Shown one piece after another: positions 13,234 through 22,808 of a DNA stretch of 64,000 nt. The notes under the pieces were generated by a model that saw only the letters and a program-made list of their open reading frames with translations, had not been told where the DNA came from and made no database searches. The position numbers and the translations under genes are program-made. The DNA is from a phage. Within the stretch, counting starts at the first letter, position 1; the number at the start of each line of letters is the position of its first letter. The stretch lies in the sequence record PZ445523.1; one strand, 5' to 3'.

Positions 13234-14139
13234 TTAAAGGTCATTCAAAAGGTCATCCAGGTCCGTGTCATCAGCACTAGATGAACTGCCAGAGCTTGAG
13301 CTCATAAAATCATCTTCAGTTTTTGTATTGAAGTCATCAACATTGAATGCATCCAAATCATCAGCAACTTTATCAGCTTTCTTAGCAGCAGTTGCAGCGG
13401 CACCGCCCATCACAGCAGTTCCCATAACTTGACTGAACTTAGTGCTCAGTTCTTCAAACGATTTGAATTTATCTTTAGAAGTCATTTCAGAAAGGTCAAC
13501 CATTTGTTCGAACAGTTCTTTCTGGAAAGATTCATCGTCAATGTTTGGAATCGCAGATTGATTTAGGAATTTAGATTCATCGTAGTTACTAAATCCAGAA
13601 ACTTGTTTAACTTTCAGTACAAAGTTAGCACCTTCCCACGGACAAGTTACATCAACTGGAGTTTCACCCATTTCAACATCAACCGCAATCATCGCGTTGA
13701 TTTTATCCCAGATTTTCTTACCGAAACGATATTTAAATACTTTACCTTCATTTTCTGGAGCAGCTGGGTCTTTTACAACAAGAATATTAGCCCAGTAAGA
13801 AGTTTTACGTTTAACAAGATTGTACTCTTTATTGTCAGTGTTGTACAGATCATTTTTACTGATGTATTGACATACTGGGCAAGAATCGTAATCACCATGG
13901 GTAGATGAACATGTTTCAATATACCATTTACCATTTTTCTTGAAACCGTGATTTACAAGAATTGCGAATGGTGCTTGTTCATCATTTTTAGACGGAAGAA
14001 AACGAATTACTGCTTGACCGTTACCCGCATTATCGAGTTTCAGTTTCCACTCGCCTTTATCTTCAGAAGAAAAACCTTTATTGCCATTCAGTTTAGCCAT
14101 TTGTGCAGCAAGTTCAGCAGTAGATTTACGTTTAAACAT
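13234..14139 (-). CDS. 32: single-stranded DNA-binding protein gp32
   Basis: 301 aa; zinc subdomain H..C..C..C ([15 protein letters not shown]); acidic C-terminal tail. Confidence 0.95.
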
Positions 14140-14200
14140 TTTATTTCCTTTTTAATTTAATTTAATTAACAGTTGGTGCTATGACACTTTACCTCATAGC
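14140..14200 (-). promoter_or_regulatory. gene 32 translational operator (pseudoknot plus A/U-rich gp32 binding tract)
   Basis: Minus strand reads GCCAGCTATGAGGTAAAGTGTCATAGCACC...TTAATTAAATTAAATTAAAAAGGAAATAAA-ATG, the known T4 gene 32 leader architecture. Confidence 0.75.
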
Positions 14201-14826
14201 TGGCATAATTCGCAATACTCTGGGTCTTCGAGAGGTATCCAACCTGAGTTGAAATACTTTACCATCGATTTAGCAGTTGTATCAGTTATATTTATATTAC
14301 CTTTAACTCTTCGCCATCCAGGAGTTTTACCGTACAGATTAGAGGATAATAATAACACATAATTCTCGTAAGCGATATGAGATAATTTCCAAGACTCTAT
14401 ATTAGCTCGTGATGTTTTCCAAGGTCTAAAATCGTCACGGTTCATATAATTAGCCAATCTCATATGCTCTCTAACTTCCGGGTCTTTGGCTGGATGAGTT
14501 TCACCACTCACACCAAATCCACCACCAGCATATACCAGATTAAAATAGTCTGGATTATCTCTGGCATTTACTTCAAGTTGGTATTTTCGTTCTGCTTCAA
14601 TAACATCCAAGTCATCATCAATTTGAATTATTTTAACGCTCGGTTTTTGAAGCATTACCGCATTCAAAAATCTTTTTTGTTTACATGAGCTCCAGTATTC
14701 CTTTCCAGAAGAGTCATATATTATTCCGTTCTCAAATGAGCAATTTAATTTACTACCGATATAGTAGTATGGCGGAGTCTTATTTTTGACACGGTCTTCA
14801 AATGTAAACCAATATACTATATTCAT
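14194..14826 (-). CDS. segG: GIY-YIG homing endonuclease, SegG-like
   Basis: 210 aa; N-terminal NIVYWFTF ... YYYIGSK GIY-YIG-like module; lies between 32 and 59 as T4 segG does. Confidence 0.6.
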   Translation of the reverse strand: MNIVYWFTFEDRVKNKTPPYYYIGSKLNCSFENGIIYDSSGKEYWSSCKQKRFLNAVMLQKPSVKIIQIDDDLDVIEAERKYQLEVNARDNPDYFNLVYAGGGFGVSGETHPAKDPEVREHMRLANYMNRDDFRPWKTSRANIESWKLSHIAYENYVLLLSSNLYGKTPGWRRVKGNINITDTTAKSMVKYFNSGWIPLEDPEYCELCQL

Positions 14827-14827
14827 A

Positions 14828-15481
14828 TCAATACTTGCAAGATTTCACAGTTTCAATGAAAACATTTTTAGCTTTCTGTGAATCAATATTTAAAATTTTT
14901 CTATAAGCCTTTAACTTTATAGAATAATTATTCCAGACTAAATTATCAGTCTGTTCATCATGTTTATCAATTATATTTAAAAATGAATCAAGCAAGATAA
15001 ACGTCTCAAACGAAATTATGTTCGATTGCAGAAGTTTAAAAATATAACTTGACTGAACCTTTGGATTATATTCAAAGATTTCTTTAAAAGCAGAAACTTC
15101 AACTTTTTTACTAAAATAGTAAATATTGCGAATATCTTCTTCAAACTTAAATTTAATTTGCTTCAAGCGTCCGATATATTCACGATAAAACACAAGTGCA
15201 TCAGCGTCAGAGATGTCGCCAATCCAAGCATCTTGGTTAGCAACCAAATTACTTATAAAGATTAAAGCAAGTTCCTTTAATTTATATTTTTCTGATAACT
15301 TCTGGAAAAAATACTTATCCCTTCGCTTTTGATAAGCGGCATCAGACACCCGCATGCACCAATTATACTTAATTACATCATACTTTCCATTCATATGTTG
15401 TTTTATCATTAAGTATAATTTATAAACTGATTTACCATCAATGTATCTTTCACCACCAGCAGGCATGCGGAGTTTAATCAT
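14828..15481 (-). CDS. 59: helicase loader gp59
   Basis: 217 aa, same length and N-terminus (MIKLRMPAGGERYIDG) as T4 gp59. Confidence 0.88.
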   Translation of the reverse strand: MIKLRMPAGGERYIDGKSVYKLYLMIKQHMNGKYDVIKYNWCMRVSDAAYQKRRDKYFFQKLSEKYKLKELALIFISNLVANQDAWIGDISDADALVFYREYIGRLKQIKFKFEEDIRNIYYFSKKVEVSAFKEIFEYNPKVQSSYIFKLLQSNIISFETFILLDSFLNIIDKHDEQTDNLVWNNYSIKLKAYRKILNIDSQKAKNVFIETVKSCKY

Positions 15482-15816
15482 AGTAGAAAATCTAATGTAT
15501 TAGTTTTTTCACAACGAACAACAGAAGGACGTAAAAGATTTTCGTCAATAGCTTCTGACTGAATTTTTTCAATTATACCCGAAGGAATAAATTTAGCAAA
15601 TTGAGTTTCAGGAATAGAGTTTTCTTCTAAGAATGCTGTCGTAGCTTCAAGATAACTCATTCCAAACTCTTCTACCATTTTTTCAATAATAAATCCATTT
15701 TCTTGACGATCAAGAAGCTTTGCTATTTCATCCTTTTCTTTCTTGATTGAAAGTTCTTTTTCTGAAAGACCGGTCTCATCGACCGGACGAATATCATTTA
15801 GAGAAAACTGTGTCAT
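15478..15816 (-). CDS. 33: late transcription co-activator gp33
   Basis: Start taken at MTQFSL (112 aa, T4 gp33 size); syntenic. Confidence 0.7.
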   Translation of the reverse strand: MTQFSLNDIRPVDETGLSEKELSIKKEKDEIAKLLDRQENGFIIEKMVEEFGMSYLEATTAFLEENSIPETQFAKFIPSGIIEKIQSEAIDENLLRPSVVRCEKTNTLDFLL

Positions 15817-16063
15817 AAAGTTCAACTACCTCTTCGGTTTCAGCTTCAAACACATCACGGTTATCTTTATGATACAAAGCTAATAGACGATTAAACATCT
15901 TACCATCAACGCCAAGTTCATCTTTGGCACGAATTCGAATATCTTTAATCAGTTCATTATAACCGGAAATTTTCAGTTTATGATCAGATGCTTCTTTAAT
16001 AAATTTAGCCAAGTCTTCGCCGTGGATAGCTTCATCAAATTCAACCATTTCTTTTTTAGCCAT
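15794..16063 (-). CDS. dsbA: dsDNA-binding protein DsbA
   Basis: 89 aa, same as T4 DsbA; overlaps start of gene 33. Confidence 0.75.
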   Translation of the reverse strand: MAKKEMVEFDEAIHGEDLAKFIKEASDHKLKISGYNELIKDIRIRAKDELGVDGKMFNRLLALYHKDNRDVFEAETEEVVELYDTVFSK

Positions 16064-16071
16064 TATTCACC

Positions 16072-16989
16072 TCAAAATTCATTAATGCTATTAGTTAATT
16101 TAGAAAGACCCGCTTTTACAAAATATGAATAAATTTTGCCACGCGGTGGTAATTTATATGAATTATAGTAATTCACAATGTTTGAAGCAATATTATCAGG
16201 AATATAATCAAAATCAATTAGAATTAAATTTTCTTTATAACGATTATATTCAGATTCGGTGAGAAGCACCTTAGCTTGCTCACGGTCATTAGCAATAGCT
16301 TCAACGATTGAAGTTTTCATTGAAGGAGTTCGTTCACCTTCAACTCTGGTAAACCAAAAGTCAGATCGTACTTTAACTGAAGCAACGTTATCCTTTTTGT
16401 CGCCTTTAAGGATTTTAGTCATACAGTCAATTTCAGCAGAACCGCTTTTAATTTTAACCCATTTCTTATGCATCGGAGACCATTGCTTAACATTTGGATA
16501 TTTGTGAAGCTGAGTAAAGTCACCATCAGATGAAATGATTAAAATCTTATGTCCTTCTAAGGAGAACTTTTTAACAAGAACAGCAATGTGGTCATCTGCT
16601 TCATACTTATCAATATCCATAACAATGTATGGCATATAAGCTTTCAATTCATCTATAACTTTATGGCTGGATTCAAAATAACCTTCCCAGTCCCAAGTAG
16701 ATTCTTCTCGTGCTTTTCCACGGTTTTTCTTGTAATAATAAGCGAAATCACGACGCCAGTATCCAGATTTCGCGTTATCAATACACAGCACAATTTTAGT
16801 GTATCCAAGCGTTTTTGCTTTTTTGACATTAAACTTAATTGAGTTCAATATCAAATGACGAACCATCGATAAATTAATTTTTTCTTTATCTGGGAAGTTT
16901 ACCAGAGCAGTTGAAAGAGCAATTTGACTAAAGTCAATTAAGCAAATTCCTTCTTTGTAGTCTTCATCCAGCATCATTTCTAAATCCAT
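16072..16989 (-). CDS. rnh: RNase H / 5'-3' exonuclease
   Basis: Start taken at MDLEMM (305 aa, T4 size; track ORF extends to 17004); FEN-family acidic motifs. Confidence 0.9.
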   Translation of the reverse strand: MDLEMMLDEDYKEGICLIDFSQIALSTALVNFPDKEKINLSMVRHLILNSIKFNVKKAKTLGYTKIVLCIDNAKSGYWRRDFAYYYKKNRGKAREESTWDWEGYFESSHKVIDELKAYMPYIVMDIDKYEADDHIAVLVKKFSLEGHKILIISSDGDFTQLHKYPNVKQWSPMHKKWVKIKSGSAEIDCMTKILKGDKKDNVASVKVRSDFWFTRVEGERTPSMKTSIVEAIANDREQAKVLLTESEYNRYKENLILIDFDYIPDNIASNIVNYYNSYKLPPRGKIYSYFVKAGLSKLTNSINEF

Positions 16990-17011
16990 ATGAACCTCGT
17001 TCAATTAGTGA

Positions 17012-17048
17012 GATTTCTATTATATACTATCTAAATCTTAAAGTAAAC
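17012..17048 (-). promoter_or_regulatory. sigma70-type phage early promoter for rnh
   Basis: Minus strand reads GTTTAC (17048-17043), 18 nt spacer, TATAAT (17024-17019), about 25 nt before rnh ATG. Confidence 0.6.
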
Positions 17049-17051
17049 AGG

Positions 17052-17059
17052 TATAAATA
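17052..17059 (+). promoter_or_regulatory. late promoter (TATAAATA) for gene 34
   Basis: Exact TATAAATA 35 nt upstream of gene 34 ATG. Confidence 0.75.
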
Positions 17060-17093
17060 CTTATTATTGAAAACACAATAGGAGCCCGGGAGA

Positions 17094-20000
17094 ATGGCCG
17101 AGATTAAAAGAAAGTTCAGAGCAGAAGATGGTCTGGACGCAGGTGGCGATAAAATAATCAACGTAGCTTTAGCTGATCGTACCGTAGGAACTGACGGTGT
17201 TAACGTTGATTACTTAATTCAAGAAAACACAGTTCAGCAATATGATCCAACTCGTGGATATTTAAAAGATTTTGTAATCATTTATAATAATCGTTTTTGG
17301 GCAGCAACGGATAATATTCCAAAACCTGCTGGAAATTTTAATAGAATTCGTTGGAAAGCATTACGTACTGATGCTGTATATACAACCGTATCATCTGGAC
17401 CATATCAATTAAAATCCGGAGAAGCAATTTCAGTAGATACATCAGTTGGCAATGACATTGAATTTACTTTACCACCTTCTCCGCTTGATGGAGAAACCGT
17501 AATAATTCAAGATATCGGTGGAAAACCTGGCATAAATCAGGTTAAAATAAATTCTTCAAATCAGAGTATTGTCAATTTTAGAGGTGAACAGGTACGTTCA
17601 GTTTTAATGACTCATCCAAAGTCACAGATGGTATTCATTTTTAATAACCGTTTGTGGCAAATGTATGTTGCTGATTATAGCAGAGAAGCTGCAATTGTTA
17701 CTCCATCGACTGCATATCAAGCACAATCTAACGATTTTATCGTACGTAGATTTACTTCTGCCGCACCGATTAATGTTAAGCTTCCAAGATTTGCCAATCA
17801 TGGAGATATCATTAATTTCGTTGATTTAGATAAATTAAATCCACTTTATCATACAATTGTTACGACATATGATGAAACAACGTCAGTGCAAGAAGTTGGA
17901 ACTCATTCCATTGAAGGCCGTACATCGATTGACGGTTTCTTGATGTTTGATGATAATGAGAAATTGTGGAGATTGTTTGACGGGGATAGTAAAGCACGTT
18001 TACGCATTATAACAACTAATTCTAATATTCGTCCAAATGAAGAAGTCATGGTATTTGGCGCGAATAATGGAACAACCCAAACAATTGAACTTCAGCTTCC
18101 GACTGATATTTCTGTTGGTGATACTGTTAAAATTTCCATGAATTACATGAGAAAAGGACAAACAGTTAAAATCAAAGCTGCCGGTGAAGATAAAATTGCT
18201 TCTTCAGTTCAATTGCTGCAATTCCCAAAACGCTCAGAATATCCGCCTGAAGCTGAATGGGTAACAGTTCAAGAATTAGTTTTTAACGGTGAAACTAATT
18301 ATGTTCCAGTTTTACAACTTGCTTATATAGAAGATTCTGATGGAAAATACTGGGTTGTACAGCAAAACGTTCCAACTGTAGAAAGAGTAGACTCTTTAAA
18401 TGCTTCTACTAGAGCAAGATTAGGCGTAATTGCTTTAGCTACGCAAGCTCAAGCAAATGCTGATTTAGAAAATTCTCCACAAAAAGAATTGGCAATTACT
18501 CCAGAAACGTTAGCTAATCGTACTGCTACAGAAACTCGCAGAGGTATTGCAAGAATAGCAACTACTGCTCAAGTGAATCAGAACACCACATTCTCTTTTG
18601 CAGATGACCTTATCATCACTCCTAAAAAGCTGAATGAAAGAACTGCTACAGAAACTCGTAGAGGTGTCGCTGAAATTGCTACGCAGCAGGAAACTAATAC
18701 AGGTACTGATGATACTACAATCATCACTCCTAAAAAGCTTCAAGCCCGTCAAGGTTCTGAATCATTATCTGGTATTGTAACTTTTGTATCTACCGCAGGT
18801 GCTACTCCAGCTTCTAGTCGTGAATTAAATGGTACGAATGTTTATAATAAAAACACTAATAATTTAGTTGTTTCACCTAAAGCTTTGGATCAGTATAAAG
18901 CTACTCCAACGCAACAAGGCGCAGTAATTTTAGCAGTTGAAAGTGAAGTAATTGCTGGACAAAGCCAAGAAGGATGGGCAAATGCGGTTGTAACGCCAGA
19001 AACGTTACATAAAAAGACATCAACTGATGGAAGAATTGGTTTAATTGAAATTGCTACGCAAAGTGAAGTTAATACAGGAACTGACTATACTCGTGCAGTC
19101 ACTCCTAAAACTTTAAATGACCGTAGAGCAACTGAAAGTTTAAGTGGTATAGCTGAAATTGCTACACAAGTTGAATTCGACGCAGGCGTCGACGATACTC
19201 GTATCTCTACACCATTAAAAATTAAAACCAGATTTAATAGTACTGATCGTACTTCTGTTGTTGCTCTATCTGGATTAGTTGAATCAGGAACTCTCTGGGA
19301 CCATTATACCCTTAATATTCTTGAAGCAAATGAGACACAGCGTGGTACACTTCGTGTAGCTACACAAGTTGAAGCTGCTGCAGGAACATTAGATAATGTT
19401 TTAATAACTCCTAAAAAGCTTTTAGGTACTAAATCTACTGAAGCGCAAGAAGGTGTTATTAAAGTTGCAACTCAGTCTGAAACTGTGACTGGAACGTCAA
19501 CAAATACTGCTGTATCTCCAAAAAATTTAAAATGGATTGTGCAGAGTGAACCTACTTGGGCAGCAACTACTGCGATAAGGGGCTTTGTTAAAACTTCTTC
19601 TGGTTCAATTACATTCGTTGGTAATGATACGGTAGGTTCAACACAGCCATTAGAATCATATGAGAAAAATGGTTATGCAGTATCACCATATGAATTAAAT
19701 CGCGTATTAGCAAATTACTTGCCATTAAAAGCAAAAGCTGTAGATAGTAATTTATTAGATGGTCTAGATTCGCTCCAGTTCATTCGTAGGGACATTGCAC
19801 AAACAGTTAATGGTTCACTAACCTTAACCCAACAAACGAATCTGAGTGCCCCTCTTGTATCATCTAGTACTGCTACATTCGGTGGGTCAGTTTCAGCAAA
19901 TAGTACATTAACTATTTCTAATACTGGAACAGCAACTCGATTGATTTTTGAGAAAGGACCTCAAACTGGAACAAACCCGGCTCAAACGATGACTGTCAGA

Positions 20001-20963
20001 GTGTGGGGAAATCAATTTAGTGGGGAATCAGACACAACACGTTCTACCGTATTTGAAGTTAGTGATGAAACGTCTAGTCATTTTTATTCTCAGCGTAATA
20101 AAGCTGGAAATATAACATTTAATATCAACGGTACAGTAACACCGATAAATGTTAATGCTTCAGGAACATTGAATGCAAATGGTGTAGCAACATTTGGTAA
20201 TTCAGTCACTGCAACTGGTGAAATTATTTCTCGAAGCGCAAATGCTTTCCGTGCTATTAACGGAAATTATGGTTTCATTGTTCGCAATGATGGGTCAGTA
20301 ACGAATTTTATGCTTACTGCATCGGGTGATCAAACCGGCGGATTTAATGGATTGCGTCCTTTAGCTATTAATAATGCATCTGGCCAAGTAACGATTGGTG
20401 AAAGCTTAATCATTGCAAAAGGTGCTACTATAAGTTCAGGCGGTTTAACTGTTAACTCGAGAATTCGTTCTCAAGGTGTTAAAACATCTGATTTATATAC
20501 CCGTGCGCCAACATCTGATACAGTAGGATTCTGGTCAATTGATATTAACGATTCAGCCACTTATAATCAATTCCCTGGTTATTTTAAAATGGTTGAAAAA
20601 ACTAATGAAGTGACTGGACTTCCATATTTAGAACGCGGTGAAGAAGTTAAATCTCCTGGTACATTGACTCAGTTTGGTAACACGCTTGATTCGCTTTATC
20701 AAGATTGGATTACTTATCCAACGACCCCAGAAGCACGTACCACTCGCTGGACGCGTACATGGCAGAAAACTAAAAATTCTTGGTCAAGTTTTGTTCAGGT
20801 ATTCGATGGAGGTAACCCTCCTCAACCTTCGGATATAGGAGCAATCCCATCTGATAATGGAATAATAGGTAATCTTACTATTCGTGATTTCTTACGAATT
20901 GGTAATGTTCGCATTATTCCTGACCCAGTGAATAAAACTGTTAAATTTGAATGGGTTGAATAA
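17094..20963 (+). CDS. 34: long tail fibre proximal subunit gp34
   Basis: 1289 aa, same length as T4 gp34; TATAAATA late promoter upstream; internal repeat module. Confidence 0.95.
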   Translation: MAEIKRKFRAEDGLDAGGDKIINVALADRTVGTDGVNVDYLIQENTVQQYDPTRGYLKDFVIIYNNRFWAATDNIPKPAGNFNRIRWKALRTDAVYTTVSSGPYQLKSGEAISVDTSVGNDIEFTLPPSPLDGETVIIQDIGGKPGINQVKINSSNQSIVNFRGEQVRSVLMTHPKSQMVFIFNNRLWQMYVADYSREAAIVTPSTAYQAQSNDFIVRRFTSAAPINVKLPRFANHGDIINFVDLDKLNPLYHTIVTTYDETTSVQEVGTHSIEGRTSIDGFLMFDDNEKLWRLFDGDSKARLRIITTNSNIRPNEEVMVFGANNGTTQTIELQLPTDISVGDTVKISMNYMRKGQTVKIKAAGEDKIASSVQLLQFPKRSEYPPEAEWVTVQELVFNGETNYVPVLQLAYIEDSDGKYWVVQQNVPTVERVDSLNASTRARLGVIALATQAQANADLENSPQKELAITPETLANRTATETRRGIARIATTAQVNQNTTFSFADDLIITPKKLNERTATETRRGVAEIATQQETNTGTDDTTIITPKKLQARQGSESLSGIVTFVSTAGATPASSRELNGTNVYNKNTNNLVVSPKALDQYKATPTQQGAVILAVESEVIAGQSQEGWANAVVTPETLHKKTSTDGRIGLIEIATQSEVNTGTDYTRAVTPKTLNDRRATESLSGIAEIATQVEFDAGVDDTRISTPLKIKTRFNSTDRTSVVALSGLVESGTLWDHYTLNILEANETQRGTLRVATQVEAAAGTLDNVLITPKKLLGTKSTEAQEGVIKVATQSETVTGTSTNTAVSPKNLKWIVQSEPTWAATTAIRGFVKTSSGSITFVGNDTVGSTQPLESYEKNGYAVSPYELNRVLANYLPLKAKAVDSNLLDGLDSLQFIRRDIAQTVNGSLTLTQQTNLSAPLVSSSTATFGGSVSANSTLTISNTGTATRLIFEKGPQTGTNPAQTMTVRVWGNQFSGESDTTRSTVFEVSDETSSHFYSQRNKAGNITFNINGTVTPINVNASGTLNANGVATFGNSVTATGEIISRSANAFRAINGNYGFIVRNDGSVTNFMLTASGDQTGGFNGLRPLAINNASGQVTIGESLIIAKGATISSGGLTVNSRIRSQGVKTSDLYTRAPTSDTVGFWSIDINDSATYNQFPGYFKMVEKTNEVTGLPYLERGEEVKSPGTLTQFGNTLDSLYQDWITYPTTPEARTTRWTRTWQKTKNSWSSFVQVFDGGNPPQPSDIGAIPSDNGIIGNLTIRDFLRIGNVRIIPDPVNKTVKFEWVE
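18410..19550 (+). repeat. tandem protein-coding repeats within gene 34
   Basis: Recurring TPxxL..R.ATE(T/S)..G.xxIAT(Q)..E.N.G segments, at least six copies. Confidence 0.6.
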
Positions 20964-20971
20964 GAGGTATT

Positions 20972-22087
20972 ATGGAAAAATTTATGGCAGAGTTTGGACA
21001 AGGATATGTCCAAACGCCATTTTTATCGGAAAGCAATTCAGTAAGATATAAAATAAGCATAGCGGGTTCTTGCCCGCTTTCTACAGCAGGTCCATATGTT
21101 AAATTTCAGGATAATCCTGTCGGAAGTCAAACATTTAGTGCAGGTCTTCATTTAAGAGTTTTTGATCCTTCTACGGGAGCATTAGTTGATAGTAAGTCAT
21201 ATGCTTTTTCTGCTTCAAACAATACAACATCTGCCGCTTTTGTCAGTTTCATGAATTCTTTGTCAAACAATAAACTTGTTGCTATATTAACTAGCGGAAA
21301 GGTTAATTTTCCTCCTGAAGTGGTATCTTGGTTAAGGGAAGCAGGAACTTCAGTTTTTCCATCAGATTCCGTATTGTCAAGATTTGACGTATCATATGCT
21401 GCTTTTTACACTTCTTCTAAAAGAGCTATCGCATTAGAGCATGTTAAACTAAGTAATAGAAAAAGCACAGATGACTATCAAACTATGTTAGATGTTGTAT
21501 TTGATAGTTTAGAAGACGTTGGAGCGACAGGATTTCCAAAAAGAACTTATGAAAGCGTTGAACAATTTATGTCTGCGGTTGGAGGAACTAATAATGAAAT
21601 TGCGCGATTGCCAACTTCAGCTGCTATAAGTAAACTTTCTGACTACAATTTAATTCCTGGTGATGTTCTTTATCTTAAAGCACAGTTATATGCTGATGCT
21701 GATTTACTTGATCTTGGAACTGCAAATATATCTATTCGTTTTTATGATGCATCAAATGGATATATTTCCTCGACCCAAGCTGAGTTTACTGGGCAAGCTG
21801 GGTCTTGGGAATTAAAAGAAGATTATGTAGTTGTTCCTGAAAATGCAGTAGGATTTACGATATATGCACAAAGAACTGCTCAAGCAGGTCAAGGCGGCAT
21901 GAGAAATTTAAGCTTTTCTGAAGTATCAAGAAATGGCGGAATTTCGAAACCTGCTGAATTTGGTGTCAATGGTATTCGTGTTAATTATATCGGTGAATCC
22001 TCTTCACCTCCAGATATAATGGTACTTCCTACACAGGCATCGTCTAAAACTGGTAAAGTGTTTGGGCAGGAATTTAGAGAAGTTTAA
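20972..22087 (+). CDS. 35: long tail fibre hinge protein gp35
   Basis: 371 aa (T4 372); follows gene 34. Confidence 0.9.
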   Translation: MEKFMAEFGQGYVQTPFLSESNSVRYKISIAGSCPLSTAGPYVKFQDNPVGSQTFSAGLHLRVFDPSTGALVDSKSYAFSASNNTTSAAFVSFMNSLSNNKLVAILTSGKVNFPPEVVSWLREAGTSVFPSDSVLSRFDVSYAAFYTSSKRAIALEHVKLSNRKSTDDYQTMLDVVFDSLEDVGATGFPKRTYESVEQFMSAVGGTNNEIARLPTSAAISKLSDYNLIPGDVLYLKAQLYADADLLDLGTANISIRFYDASNGYISSTQAEFTGQAGSWELKEDYVVVPENAVGFTIYAQRTAQAGQGGMRNLSFSEVSRNGGISKPAEFGVNGIRVNYIGESSSPPDIMVLPTQASSKTGKVFGQEFREV

Positions 22088-22092
22088 ACTGA

Positions 22093-22116
22093 GGGAGCCT
22101 TCGGGTTCCTTTTTTC
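22093..22116 (+). terminator. rho-independent terminator after gene 35
   Basis: GGAGCC-TTCG-GGTTCC hairpin followed by TTTTTTC. Confidence 0.7.
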
Positions 22117-22118
22117 TT

Positions 22119-22126
22119 TATAAATA
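22119..22126 (+). promoter_or_regulatory. late promoter (TATAAATA) for gene 36
   Basis: Exact TATAAATA 24 nt upstream of gene 36 ATG, right after the gene 35 terminator. Confidence 0.75.
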
Positions 22127-22149
22127 ATATTAAAATAAAGGGGCATACA

Positions 22150-22800
22150 ATGGCTGATTTAAAAGTAGGTTCAACTGTAGGTGGATCTGTCATTTGGCAT
22201 CAAGGAAATTTTCCGTTGAATTCAGCCGGTGACGATGTACTCTACAAATCATTTAAAATATATTCAGAATATAATAAACCACAGGCAGCTGATAATGATT
22301 TCGTTTCTAAATCTACTGGTGGTACTTACACAGGCCCAGTTACTATTAATTATGGTGTAAATAGTTATCTTCAATTAAGTAATAATGAAACCCCCATCCG
22401 AATTCGTTCTGGTGGCGGCACTGGTAATACTCTTGTAGTTGGTGGCTCTTCTGGCGGTATTAGTTTTAGACCAGCAGGTAGTGAAATCACTACTGGACAA
22501 ATTACTATTACGCCAGAAGGTTTGACAACATTTACCAAAGCTGTAACGGCTCCATCTGTAACTGTTACATCTACTCCTTCCGCAGCATCTGATGTTACTC
22601 GTAAAGATTATGTTGATGGAGCAATAAATACTGTTACAGCAAATGCAAACTCTAGGGTATTACGCTCTGGAGACACTATGACAGGAAATTTAACTGCGCC
22701 AAACCTTTTTTCACAGAATCCTGCATCTCAACCTTCACACGTTCCACGATTTGACCAAATCGTAATTAAGGATTCTGTTCAAGATTTCGGCTATTATTAA
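22150..22800 (+). CDS. 36: long tail fibre distal connector gp36
   Basis: 216 aa; own TATAAATA late promoter at 22119-22126. Confidence 0.9.
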   Translation: MADLKVGSTVGGSVIWHQGNFPLNSAGDDVLYKSFKIYSEYNKPQAADNDFVSKSTGGTYTGPVTINYGVNSYLQLSNNETPIRIRSGGGTGNTLVVGGSSGGISFRPAGSEITTGQITITPEGLTTFTKAVTAPSVTVTSTPSAASDVTRKDYVDGAINTVTANANSRVLRSGDTMTGNLTAPNLFSQNPASQPSHVPRFDQIVIKDSVQDFGYY

Positions 22801-22808
22801 GAGGACTT

